Part shown: piece after piece, positions 19,198 to 28,613 of the stretch
Layout of the letters: every line of letters starts with the position of its first letter
Numbering within the stretch: position 1 is the stretch's first letter
Origin: a virus
Taxonomy: Duplodnaviria; Caudoviricetes
Strand: one strand, 5' to 3'
Length of the DNA stretch: 64,000 bases
IMG/VR virus record: IMGVR_UViG_3300028581_000010
Program-made: the position numbers and the translations under genes
Notes under the pieces: model-generated
Seen by the model: only the letters and a program-made list of their open reading frames with translations
Told to the model about the DNA's origin: nothing
The model's database searches: none

Positions 19198-19591
19198 TGT
19201 ATATTTTCTCTATACCGGGTGGAACCAGCCGGCGTGGGACGTGTATTTTGAAGCCTGAAGGAGTGTGAGTGATTCCGGTATACTTGGCATTCAGTATAGA
19301 ATCTACCTTAAATTGATCTGGAACGTTATGTAGCAGGCCGCCTAGAATCTTATTCTTTTGGCGGTAGTTGCCTACGTCGGACTGCTTCTTGGCCTCTATT
19401 AACTTAGTCAGTTCCAATGACTTAGCTTGTTTTTGTAAATCTTTTCTGATCTGGTCGAACACTGGCTCAGACCTGGCTGCCACAATACCGCTCTTGACCT
19501 CGATTCTTTCCATAGGCGTTAGCGACGATTTCCACGGCTTGATCTTCTTGAGCCAAGCTGGAACTCCTTTTTTTATTCTAGGTACGGGCAT
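19133..19591 (-). CDS. Basic hypothetical protein containing an LQKQAK motif
   Basis: TGCTATAAT-N6-ATG at 19591. Confidence 0.7.
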   Translation of the reverse strand: MPVPRIKKGVPAWLKKIKPWKSSLTPMERIEVKSGIVAARSEPVFDQIRKDLQKQAKSLELTKLIEAKKQSDVGNYRQKNKILGGLLHNVPDQFKVDSILNAKYTGITHTPSGFKIHVPRRLVPPGIEKIYNEQPNRTKGSRSMPARRKRQN

Positions 19592-19628
19592 GCATCTATT
19601 ATAGCAACAACCCACTCATAAGCCAATA

Positions 19629-19667
19629 GCTAAAAGACAGAGGAAGGCGGGCCGAAGCCCACCTTCC
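19629..19667 (-). terminator. Intrinsic terminator after the AAA ATPase gene
   Basis: ggaaggtgggcttcggcccgccttcc...ttttagc. Confidence 0.8.
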
Positions 19668-19692
19668 AAAGTCTTTCCACCTACTACACAAA

Positions 19693-22501
19693 TTAGCCGA
19701 CGCGGTCGCGGATGCCTTCCACGATCTTGGTGATGTGACCTTTCTCCAGAATGCTTCCGGAGACGGGGCCGCTTTCCTTGATCAGGTGGTCGAACACAAC
19801 CTGCGATGCTTCGGCGAAGACCTCTTCGCTTGTCTTCTGCTTGCCCTTCATGAGATCGATGTGATCGGTCAGAGAAGTGGCCGCAGTCATGAGGTCCTCG
19901 GTGGTGATTTTGCCTTCGATGTCCGCACCGTGGCGGAAGATCACTGCGCCTTTCGCACGATTCACAGCCTCCAGGATGAAGGCCGGAACGAACCCGGCGA
20001 GGGACTTGCCGACGGCGGCCAGTTCCACATCAGGGTGCAGCAGCGAGTTCCCGCTCTTATTGCGGGCGTACACCTTCACGAATTCCGCGGCTGCTTCCTC
20101 CTTCGGAGGAGTCAGAATGATCGAGCTGCTGATACGTCCGGGACGGATGTTCACAGGGTTGATCACTGCCGGGTTGTTCGAGGTGACGATGGTGATGATG
20201 GGCGTCGTCTTCGAGTCAATGCCATCGAGCGCCGTGGAGACAGCGTTGATGAACTCGTTGCGGTCGCCGGAGAGAACTTGATCAATCAGTTATTGTTATC
20301 GCGTGGGCTCTTTATCCCTCGCTTCAGCGGCTTTATGTATACCCGCTGCTCAGACTATATCATCAGCCTTTCGGCTGCCTGTATTTCGTGGCGGAATCGG
20401 CTGTCATACCTATCCGCTAGTCGTTAAACCTCCGCACTACTTTGTAGACTTCATGCGTTTGGTAATTGATTGTCCTTGTTTTGACTCAAGGGTTTTCCAA
20501 TTTTAAACAGGTTTTATGAGGACTATGATGCAATTTGTATTGCATTGACGGTAGAACCCATGGTTTTACTAAATTTGTGAACAAATCGCGAGATTTTGCT
20601 GGAACGTACAACATATTATTGCCGTGCACTGTTGTAGTTATTCCGAACTTTTCTTCAAGGAACTTCTGAAATTTTTCTAGGTCTTCTTCGGTAAAGGCAC
20701 AGGTGGCTATATTGTAGGTGTAGCCATCATTGTGCCCGTCATCCATTAAAAGAACCGCTAGGCTCCTCGCATCAAACCATTCCAGTATTTCATTGCTGAC
20801 CACCTTTTTACCGTTAGGATAGAGGTGCGCGTGAATTTCTGTAAAGTTTGGATGGCACACTGTTCCGAATTGATACGTTTCGTACACTTTCCCTGTGCGT
20901 TTGTCGGGCGTAGCCTTTTTGGGCTTGTTGTACGAAGTCATATCCTTGAAGACACTTGCTTTGTAGTCGAAAAGTTCTTTTTGTATAGCACAATGGGCAA
21001 AGCTCAAGCTGGCGTGATTTCCTAGCCGATTCTTCTTTAGGGAAGAGTCGCCCAGTAGTGTGCCTGCCAACACAGATTTTTGCTCATCGGTCATACGCCA
21101 TTCCTTATACGGATATGGTTTTCTTTCACCTTTATGGAACTTAGCCATATTGTGCTGAATTGCCGTAAGGCTCTCACCCATCAGCTCAGCTATCTCTTCA
21201 CGAGAATACTGGCCAGTGGATAAAAGCTGCTCGAAGCGCTCAACATCAAAAGGTTTAGTTCTTTGTGGCTTCTGAATGCCCAGTTCCCGTTTTAGGCGTT
21301 TATAGGAGTCTAGGGACAGCCCCAACTCTTTCGCGATTTGTTTATTGCGCAAGCCCTTGTTCTCGAGCTCGGCAATTCTTTCTTTAGTAATACCGCTGTA
21401 GTCATATTTACGTGGAATGAATTTTACTTTACGTATTCTCATTCCACTACAATACATCTACTGTTCCACTTTGTCAAGTAAAAAATCCTCCGCAAACACA
21501 ACGGCCGGAGCGTACTGCTTCGCGGTCTCGAGGGTTTCCACCAGCATCGAAGGAGTCTTCAGATAGATGAAGGTCCAGCCGTTGTCGACGCAGAGTTTGG
21601 CCGTAACGCGGGCCGTGAGCGTCTTTCCAGTCCCGAACTCGCCGCTGAGCAGCAAGCCTGTCTTGAGGGAGATGCCATTCGCGTGGCAGGCCTCGGGCTG
21701 AGTGATGCGATTCCAGACCTCGTTCTCGATGCGCATGCGGACTTCCCGGTTGAGGACCAGGTCGTTGAGCTGTGTGCCGCGGGTGTCCATGAACTCCGGC
21801 GAGTTGGTCTCGGGATTGTAATTTTCTCCCTTGGTGAGCCAGCCGTAATCGCAGATGATTGCGTGGCCCTTGTAGAGCGAGTCCTCTTTGAGGATCTGCT
21901 CCATGGTGTGCAGAATCTCATCGACCTGCGGGCTGTACTTCTGTTTGACCACGCCGGTGATGACGAGGGTTTTGTAGCTCGTGAAGACGGGCTGCAGGCA
22001 GCCACCTTCCCAGGCGGGCGGTTCGACCTTGCAGTACGGAACCTGCTCGGTGGTGCCGACGCCGGTGCGAATCTGCACCATGACCGGAGGGCGTTCACCG
22101 AAGAAGCTCTGCTGACCGCGGAGCTGCGAGAATCCCATGACCTTCTTCATGGCCTTGTAGAAGGCAACCATGCCGTCCACGGGAATGCAGGTGAAGCTGC
22201 GGTTGTAGTTGAGCTCCTTCTGTTTGGCGTCGCGCGAGGCCTTCAGCGCGAAGATGGCGCGGTCTTCATCCCAGCCCTTGGGCATGATGATGCTTTTGAT
22301 GCGCCCCGTGGGGTCGTTCTCGACAGTGAGCTCGTCGCTGCCCATGGAGGCGGCGAACAGAGCGTCCTTGGAGATGCCCATCTTTGCGCAAAAATCAGCG
22401 AGCGAGAGCCCGGCTGCCTTTGCCATGGTTTCGAGTGAGGAGACGTCGATCTCGGGGACGCCTTTTGTCTTTCCTGACGATGATACTGTTTTATCAGCCA
22501 T
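19693..22501 (-). CDS. AAA+ ATPase (about 536 aa) split by a group I intron; exon 1 22501-21485, exon 2 20286-19693
   Basis: Walker A GEFGTGKT in exon 1. Splicing joins VVFAED|IDQVLSG (Walker B). Exon 2 carries ALDGIDSK, VTSNNP and the arginine finger IRPGRI. Confidence 0.9.
20287..21484 (-). mobile_element. Group I intron (1198 nt) carrying a LAGLIDADG homing endonuclease in the P1 loop
   Basis: Exon ends in U (GAGGAU), intron ends in G. IGS GUCCUC at 20518-20523 pairs with GAGGAU with a U.G wobble. Core-like elements AAAUUGGAAAA, AAUCAAUUACCAA, UUUAACGACUAG, AUGAUAUAGUCUG. Confidence 0.92.
20486..21442 (-). CDS. Intron-encoded LAGLIDADG homing endonuclease with N-terminal HTH repeats
   Basis: LAGTLLGDSSL and LAVLLMDDGH motifs; start probably ATG 21442 behind TTGACA-N17-TATTGT-N6. 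Confidence 0.9.
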   Translation of the reverse strand: MRIRKVKFIPRKYDYSGITKERIAELENKGLRNKQIAKELGLSLDSYKRLKRELGIQKPQRTKPFDVERFEQLLSTGQYSREEIAELMGESLTAIQHNMAKFHKGERKPYPYKEWRMTDEQKSVLAGTLLGDSSLKKNRLGNHASLSFAHCAIQKELFDYKASVFKDMTSYNKPKKATPDKRTGKVYETYQFGTVCHPNFTEIHAHLYPNGKKVVSNEILEWFDARSLAVLLMDDGHNDGYTYNIATCAFTEEDLEKFQKFLEEKFGITTTVHGNNMLYVPAKSRDLFTNLVKPWVLPSMQYKLHHSPHKTCLKLENP

Positions 22502-22559
22502 TGTAGTAGTGTGTTGTTTTGGTTACTGCGGTGATCTTATTGGCGGTGCACCGTTATGA

Positions 22560-23084
22560 TCAGTAATTGTTTAGAGTCGAAGGTGTCAGATGCTCGACCA
22601 TTCTTGCGAGATGAGCCAGAGCTTTGTCCTTGTCTTCGTGTACTTGAATACCGTAGCGTGCACAGAGTATGTCCACGTTGCCCTTGCGCCAAAAGCCCTT
22701 GGGGCAATAGACGACTTGCGGCCATATATCTCTGACCGCCATCATGCCCAACTCCATGAGAGTTATGGGGCTCTTTGTACCTGCCTCAAAATGAAAATAG
22801 TGCAGATTGCTGTGGTTCTCGAGCCCGTCTAGCTCCCACTCCACCTGTTCTCTAAAAACAGGATTTTCGATGGATTGCTCCCAGCTGGAGTCCCAGTCAT
22901 CGCGGCGAGGGTTCAGAATGAGCCCATCGTGATCCGCAAGATGCTCCGTGACTGCCTGCTGCCAATCCGTAGCCGCGCCCATCTCTATGGAGCCGGCCAG
23001 GAATAACTTTGCTTTGAAGTGCATTCCCGTAGGAAAGCGCTCGTAAAACTTCTCGGGCGGTTTGATTACTTGCATGTTAAACAA
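22560..23084 (-). CDS. Nucleoside 2-deoxyribosyltransferase-like protein
   Basis: LFLAGSIEMG...WQ, ILNPRR, QVEWEL, SPITLMELG. Confidence 0.85.
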   Translation of the reverse strand: MFNMQVIKPPEKFYERFPTGMHFKAKLFLAGSIEMGAATDWQQAVTEHLADHDGLILNPRRDDWDSSWEQSIENPVFREQVEWELDGLENHSNLHYFHFEAGTKSPITLMELGMMAVRDIWPQVVYCPKGFWRKGNVDILCARYGIQVHEDKDKALAHLARMVEHLTPSTLNNY

Positions 23085-23111
23085 AAGGGCCCCGCTTTGA
23101 GGCGGGGACCC
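23083..23111 (-). terminator. GC-rich hairpin with short U tract
   Basis: gggtccccgcctcaaagcggggccctttt. Confidence 0.6.
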
Positions 23112-23129
23112 GTTTAATGTTTAGTATGT

Positions 23130-23459
23130 TTAGTTAGCGAACTCCATCCACGGCCACTTGCCGTGTTCCGTCGTGGACACTTCCTGCCACTTCGGATGGG
23201 CCCCTGGGGCCTCCTGCAGAGTTTCAATGGGATTCTTTGCAGCTTCTATCTTCATCAGCTTCAGACGAAGGTTTGCTGCTGCCATACCAGCATAAGGCGC
23301 GACGGCCAGTACTGTTAGGCAAACGGCGCCTGCCACTGCTACACCAACCAGACCTTGGATGGCGAGTCCCACGAAGGGAGCGACGACGACTCCGCCCACT
23401 GTAAGGACGGTAATTTTCACGATTGTTGCTGTGCGCTGAGCGCGCTGTTGTGGAGTCAT
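23130..23459 (-). CDS. Membrane protein (2 TM helices), possibly a deletion-fused remnant
   Basis: Hydrophobic hairpin, then KNPIETLQ and an abrupt, unrelated tail. Confidence 0.6.
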   Translation of the reverse strand: MTPQQRAQRTATIVKITVLTVGGVVVAPFVGLAIQGLVGVAVAGAVCLTVLAVAPYAGMAAANLRLKLMKIEAAKNPIETLQEAPGAHPKWQEVSTTEHGKWPWMEFAN

Positions 23460-23577
23460 TGTTTTGTAGGTTAAAAAAGAGCTGAGAAAGCCCGTTCAAT
23501 TTATTATACCAATTTTCTTAGCTATTGCTCAAAGTTGCTCCTGGCCGTACGGTCCGCACGCTCCAGGAGCATTAAAC

Positions 23578-23991
23578 TCAAGCCGCCCCGGAGGGCAGCA
23601 ATCGTAGGCTATTCAGAATGTTGGCGGCCTGCCCTTGTAGGGTTGCCTCCGGAACATTATGAATGTCTTTACCGTTATGAGCGTTTTCCACAATCAAGCA
23701 GAAGACCATGTAGCCTTTTTCATGGGCGAGATCCTCATAGAAGGTGTAATCCTTCGCCTTTGTGTTAGTATTGTCTACGATCACTACCTCTGTACCAAGC
23801 TCCAGAGCGTTCTTGTATTTATGCATGCACGATATGTGACAGTATCCAAGCTTCTTGTGAGAGAACTTGTATACGCCCTGTTCATACATAAAGCTATCTG
23901 CGGAACATACTACAGCCGTCGGGACGAGTGTCTGGAGAAACTCGGCGAACGTGCTTTTTCCGCAACCACTGCAACCTCTCAATATCAGCAC
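23578..23991 (-). CDS. AAA_33 / polynucleotide-kinase-like P-loop kinase
   Basis: LILRGCSGCGKST, SAD, IVDNTN, LIVEN.H...IHNVP. Confidence 0.85.
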   Translation of the reverse strand: MLILRGCSGCGKSTFAEFLQTLVPTAVVCSADSFMYEQGVYKFSHKKLGYCHISCMHKYKNALELGTEVVIVDNTNTKAKDYTFYEDLAHEKGYMVFCLIVENAHNGKDIHNVPEATLQGQAANILNSLRLLPSGAA

Positions 23992-24003
23992 TACTTTCGT
24001 ACT

Positions 24004-24258
24004 TTATTTCGTATTACACCATGCAATAAGCGATAATCTCATGCTGTAGAGCGTCACGACAACGACGGCCGAAGCCAGCGTCGCAAGGCTGAGCATAACC
24101 GCGAATTGTTGAGCTGCTGTGTAGTAGCTCATATATGCAAGAGACAGTGCTATCTGCATCTTGAGCACGAGGCTCAGAAACGCATTAACCACATACAGAT
24201 GCACGGGCGCAATGGTGGACGCCCAGATCTTTCGCAGGAGCAGCCGCCAATCAGGCAT
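24004..24258 (-). CDS. Small membrane protein
   Basis: Hydrophobic 84-aa ORF coupled to the Nampt stop. Confidence 0.55.
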   Translation of the reverse strand: MPDWRLLLRKIWASTIAPVHLYVVNAFLSLVLKMQIALSLAYMSYYTAAQQFAVMLSLATLASAVVVVTLYSMRLSLIAWCNTK

Positions 24259-26062
24259 GGCTCAGTGCGGCGGCGAGGCGCCCCCGAATTTCTCCGAGTG
24301 TTTGGAATTTGACCAGGTGTCCGTTCAGGAACACCGTCTCCAGGCAGCCACCCTTTTCTTCTTCGGGTGTGCAGCAATCTTTGAGGACGTACTCGCCGTC
24401 GATCAGGTCAACACGCAGCAAGCCCTTGGCAGACTTCTTCATGCCATCGTCGGTAACCGGATCCTTGAACATCTCACGAGGCTCGTATTCAACTTCGCCG
24501 TAGGTGGCTTTTATTGCTACTTGTATGGGGTTAACTTATCCCATTTTCGTTCTAAGTGCTCAGTTTTATTGCAGGCTTTTGCCCCAGTTCATAATAAAAT
24601 TATATGACTTTACAATAAAGGTGATAAGCAGAAACTTAGCCAATTTTAATGGACTATATCATCATCCTTTCGGATGCCGGAGGCTGTGGGCTTACCGTAG
24701 TATCCCTAGTCTCTGAACCTTCCACGAACTGCCCCGTGGCTCGGCTGCTGATTGTGTGTTGAAACACTTCCCAGCAATTCTTCCGGTTTGCATTAAATAT
24801 TTCTACTTAATGGGGCTAGCAATTAACCCAAACGTGTCGCGAGTATTCATTTGATACGTGTAGCTGCCGATACCGTAGACGACATTCGTGCTCGCGTAGC
24901 CTTTTTCTTTAAGGCGCTTAGTTGTATCCGCAGCTCTGTCTTTTGTGATAGCATCTCCGTAGATGGCTCCGATGTGCGGGTCGAGTACCTTGTAACCCTT
25001 GCTGTTGAGCGTCGTGCCGAACAGCTCACCGAGCGTCTCGATCAGACCGAGCCGAATGGTGTGCATCTCCGCTGGGTTGAGCTTCGCCATCTGTGGGTGG
25101 AAGCCGTCGTAGCCGCACAAGCAGTCCACGGGATCCGTCCAGAAGCTGTCCGGGCGAATCACGAGCTTGCCGTTGCGCGCCATGATCTTCTCCTTCAGGG
25201 CAGGCAGAATCACCGTAAGCACATGAGGCATGCTCCACGTGTCAGACACGATGGAGATGATGCCTTCGGGGTAGAGGTCAAGCAGCCGCTCGAACGTCTC
25301 GAGCTCGCCTTCCTTGGTCCCCATGCACATTACGGAGTGCTCCGTAGCAGGCACCGAGCCTCCCACGAGTTCTTTGGTCACGTCCGCGCCGTAGTACTCC
25401 TCAAGGAACGTAATTGCTGGAAACGTATCCGTGCCTGTGAAGGACAGCAGGTGACCAGCTCCGCTCGTGCACGCGCTCTCGAAGGAGCTCATGCCGCGCA
25501 TGGAGAAGTCGTGCCCTTGCCACATGACGAAGTCCAGATCGTCCGCCGTTTCATACGCTCCTTGGATAAGTTCCTTCTTGAACTCATGTGCGAGTGTGGC
25601 GCTCGTGCAAGGCTGCCATGTCGTGCAGCTGATGATCGTTTCGAGATAGTTGACCAGCCATGCGGCATGGTCTTCCGTCTCACGAATGGTGAACATAGGC
25701 ACGCGTACCGGTACCAAGCTTCCCTCGGGAAGGGCCTTGATCTCCAGTGGCATATACCCCTGGTCGTGCAACTGTTCGAGATGCTCGTAGGTTATGGCCT
25801 TTGGCCCGAGCGTGCAGCTGACGAGTCTGGAGTAGCTCGCTTTGACGTCCTCGAAGGGAAGCTCAAAGAAACCCTTGTTCCAGCCTTCGATGATATATTT
25901 CAGGATTGCGTACTGCAACCCGAAGAACACAATCTTGTTTGTGCTCGGAATCCTGCTTTTACGGGGCGTGCAGTTGTTGTACAACGACGTCATCCCGGAA
26001 GGATACATTCTGTAGTGTGGGACTTTGTAAAAGTCCACCTGTGTAAGTGGTTGTGGAAGCAT
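24251..26062 (-). CDS. Nicotinamide phosphoribosyltransferase-family enzyme (Nampt/Namat-like, about 501 aa) split by a group I intron; exon 1 26062-24826, exon 2 24519-24251
   Basis: DFYKVPH..MYP, HDFSMRG, GTDT, VPATEHS, SIVSDT, VIRPDS, IYGDAIT, GIGSYTYQ. Splicing gives TRDTFG(L)AIKAT...KDP.TD...KKSAKG. Confidence 0.93.
24520..24825 (-). mobile_element. ORF-less group I intron (306 nt)
   Basis: P1: exon GGGU pairs with GCCC (U.G at the splice site). P10: AUUGCUA pairs exactly with exon 2 UAGCAAU. P AAUUGCUGGGAA, Q AAUCAGCAG, R GUUCAGAGACUA, S AUGAUAUAGUCC; terminal G. Confidence 0.95.
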
Positions 26063-26071
26063 GTTTGTGTA

Positions 26072-27019
26072 TTACTGATCGATTACGTGGTCGACGAGAA
26101 ACTGGGGCGCATCGGGCAAGTATCCTAGCCAGCTGTTGCTGTAGGTGTCCGTGGTCCAGATCTCATCGATTCCTTCTTTGTAGAGAGGCTCGAGCCCCTT
26201 GGAGAAGATGCCATGCGTCACAAATAGAACGACTTTGGCAGCCTTCTTGGCTTTGAGGACCTTAGCCAGCTCAATGAACGTGCGCCCACCATCACAGATA
26301 TCATCCGCGATAATGACCGTCGCTCCTTCAAGCTCACCTTCCTCTGCATAGACGATTGTCTCTTTGATCTCGCCTGTTGCCAGATTGCGCAGCTTGTCTG
26401 CGCGAATGAACCGTGGGTGGCCGAAGTACTTGGCCAACTCGGAGGTCTTTTTGTTAGCCCCTGCATCCGGGCTGACAAATATGACGTGCTTGTCTGCATA
26501 GGGTCCGTTGATACGGGCCTTGAGCATCTCAGAGCTCTGTACGATCTTCAGCTGAGAGACGTCCTGCAGGTTGTTGATAACGCCGGAAGCAACGCTGGAA
26601 TGCGCGTCGAAGGTCTTCACGGAGAAGAAGTTCATGCTGTTGATGCTCTCGCCGAACGCCCTCAAGCTGAAGGCCTCTCCGACGCAGCACATGCGATCCT
26701 GCCTGCCGTAGGGTAGATAGGGAAGCACAAGCGCAACAGGAACAATTGTACCTCTTGCGTGAACTGCCATGCGCACGACATTATTGACCTGTATCATGGC
26801 CATGAAGTCGTTGCTGTTGGCGATACGCGACACGATAAGAATGTGATCGAGATCGTCGAACAGGCACCTGGATAGTGCGCCCATCTGGTCGGGCGTGAAC
26901 TTTATACCCACCTCACCGCCTGGAAACAACCATTGGTTCGGAATGAGGGTTAGTGGAGCCTGTGGCTGCCCCTTGCGAAAAATAACTACAGATGTATTGG
27001 AGTCGAATGATGCTGACAT
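26072..27019 (-). CDS. Ribose-phosphate pyrophosphokinase family enzyme (Prs/Adps-like)
   Basis: FPGGE, PYLPYGRQDR, DAHS, SPDAGA, KLRN..TGEI, IIADDICDGGRTF, FVTHGIFS. Confidence 0.93.
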   Translation of the reverse strand: MSASFDSNTSVVIFRKGQPQAPLTLIPNQWLFPGGEVGIKFTPDQMGALSRCLFDDLDHILIVSRIANSNDFMAMIQVNNVVRMAVHARGTIVPVALVLPYLPYGRQDRMCCVGEAFSLRAFGESINSMNFFSVKTFDAHSSVASGVINNLQDVSQLKIVQSSEMLKARINGPYADKHVIFVSPDAGANKKTSELAKYFGHPRFIRADKLRNLATGEIKETIVYAEEGELEGATVIIADDICDGGRTFIELAKVLKAKKAAKVVLFVTHGIFSKGLEPLYKEGIDEIWTTDTYSNSWLGYLPDAPQFLVDHVIDQ

Positions 27020-27021
27020 GA

Positions 27022-27456
27022 TTATGTGTCGGTTAGATCCGCATGATGCTGTGCGATGCTTCGACGGGCTTCCTCACGGGTGTACCCCAGTACAGCCCTC
27101 TCAGCTTCGAGCCAAAAGTGCTCGTGCATGTTGGTGGGTTTACCTGCTGCAACCCATTTGTGATAGGCATGCAACCGGATACGGGGCTCACACAGAGCAT
27201 GAAGACCATCATAGAGGCGGTAGGACTCCTCCAGGGAGTCGCTGAGGCCTATAACCTGTTGCGCGGAAGACGCCACTTCTTCAGGTGTTGCGTCGCGGAC
27301 GGTCCTGATGTCCACAATGCTGTCGTCCTCGACAAAGGAGAACGCCGGGTTCTGTGTATGCGGATTAAGGGTGATGTCCTTCACAGTGTTAACCTTGAGG
27401 GACGACTTGAACGGCTTCTTGGATTTCTTCACAACTTTGGTTCCGGTAGTGACCAT
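27022..27456 (-). CDS. Hypothetical protein with C-terminal DUF2934-like motif
   Basis: IRLHAYHKWVAAGKP....HFWLEAER. Confidence 0.65.
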   Translation of the reverse strand: MVTTGTKVVKKSKKPFKSSLKVNTVKDITLNPHTQNPAFSFVEDDSIVDIRTVRDATPEEVASSAQQVIGLSDSLEESYRLYDGLHALCEPRIRLHAYHKWVAAGKPTNMHEHFWLEAERAVLGYTREEARRSIAQHHADLTDT

Positions 27457-27460
27457 AGAA

Positions 27461-27598
27461 TTAGTGCTTCTTACTGCAAACTGTGCAGCGATGGCCGTCG
27501 CCCTTCAGTGGATTGGCAACTCTCTTTCCTTTGCCGTACTTCTTATCTTGATAGTCGTGCTTGCAGTCGCACGAGACGATTTTGATTTGGTTTCCCAT
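27461..27598 (-). CDS. 45-aa putative zinc-binding protein (not in the ORF track)
   Basis: MGNQIKIVSCDCKHDYQDKKYGKGKRVANPLKGDGHRCTVCSKKH*. Confidence 0.7.
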   Translation of the reverse strand: MGNQIKIVSCDCKHDYQDKKYGKGKRVANPLKGDGHRCTVCSKKH

Positions 27599-27621
27599 TG
27601 TAGTAGTGTTGTTACTGCGTG

Positions 27622-28110
27622 TTACTCTGGCTCTTTAAAACGCCCGGGTTCCTCTTGCCCTGGCTGAACAATCTTTCCTTCGCCTAGTTCGACCCTGGCG
27701 AGATCGAGATGGGCGTATGCACCATCCATGATGATATCCCCTGCGTGCAAGACGCGAATAGGTCTGTATATGTTGTTGACATGTTGCCCACCGACGTGTC
27801 CCTCCTGCCGCAAAGCCCCCGCCCGCTCTCTGCGCAGCCGCTCCCACGGCTGCTGCCGCGCCTCTCTCCGCGCTATCACTTTCCGGCGCTGTTCCTCCTG
27901 TGCAGCTTTCTTCGCGGCTTTCACATGCTCCTCGTTGGTGCCTATGTCAAACAGCTCTGGCGTAGCTAAAATTAATTTGCCTATCGCCTCCGCTTTACTG
28001 CGCGTCGACGATTGGTTCCTATCTACAGGCATTCCTTCTATACCTGCTGTGTACTTTATAGGGCCTGTACCTGCCCTTCCTGTCTGAGATGCTATGACGA
28101 TAATATTCAT
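27622..28110 (-). CDS. Hypothetical protein
   Basis: 162-aa ORF downstream of the tRNA. Confidence 0.6.
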   Translation of the reverse strand: MNIIVIASQTGRAGTGPIKYTAGIEGMPVDRNQSSTRSKAEAIGKLILATPELFDIGTNEEHVKAAKKAAQEEQRRKVIARREARQQPWERLRRERAGALRQEGHVGGQHVNNIYRPIRVLHAGDIIMDGAYAHLDLARVELGEGKIVQPGQEEPGRFKEPE

Positions 28111-28115
28111 TGAGT

Positions 28116-28192
28116 TGGTGTGCCCGACAGGGCTCGAACCTGTGACCAGCGCTTTAGAAAAACGCTGCTCTATCCAACTGAGCTACGGGCAC
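28116..28192 (-). tRNA. tRNA-Arg (anticodon UCU) with encoded CCA
   Basis: GTGCCCG/CGGGCAC acceptor stem, GCTC/GAGC D stem, anticodon loop TT-TCT-AA, T arm ACAGG-TTCGAGC-CCTGT, 3' ACCA. Confidence 0.95.
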
Positions 28193-28251
28193 ATTATATA
28201 CTACGTAAAGAAATGGCCGCGGCTGCAGCCATTTCCCTCGGGCGCTGCTGC

Positions 28252-28596
28252 TTATCGACAGCGCCCGAAATTATTCCACGTACCTCCGTAGGCGCGATAG
28301 CCGCCTCCGAAGCCTCCCTGGAAGCCTCCGTAACCTCCGAACCCTCCGAAGAAGGCCGGCTGTTGGATCACCATTGGTTGGCAATAACCTCCGCCCCAAC
28401 CTCCTCCGTAGAAGTTGTTCAGGGCTGGAGACGCCACCGGGTACATAGGGATTCCTGCTCTTGGGGCCATGACGACTCCGCCGTAAGGGAGCTGAACGGG
28501 TGTGAACCCGTTTGCCCCGTAAAAACACTGCGCGTTGCAGCAGCTCGTCACTGTGAGGACGAGCGTTGCAATTAGTAATGATGTAATGGTTTTCAT
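28252..28596 (-). CDS. Secreted Gly/Tyr/Pro-rich low-complexity protein
   Basis: Signal peptide, then GGFGGYGGFQGGFGGGY; TGGTATAAT-N6-ATG at 28596. Confidence 0.7.
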   Translation of the reverse strand: MKTITSLLIATLVLTVTSCCNAQCFYGANGFTPVQLPYGGVVMAPRAGIPMYPVASPALNNFYGGGWGGGYCQPMVIQQPAFFGGFGGYGGFQGGFGGGYRAYGGTWNNFGRCR

Positions 28597-28613
28597 CAAT
28601 AGATTATACCACA

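Noticed and set aside
21458-21484. C-terminus FLLDKVEQ* of the 347-aa ORF, and LIASPIK* of the 419-aa Nampt ORF (24803-24825)
   Set aside because: Read-through into intron sequence, not true termini
24851-26128. Long plus-strand ORFs (also 14206..15102, 19735..20427, 21683..22438, 49093..49905)
   Set aside because: Antisense shadows of GC-rich genes with clear family motifs on the minus strand; no motifs of their own
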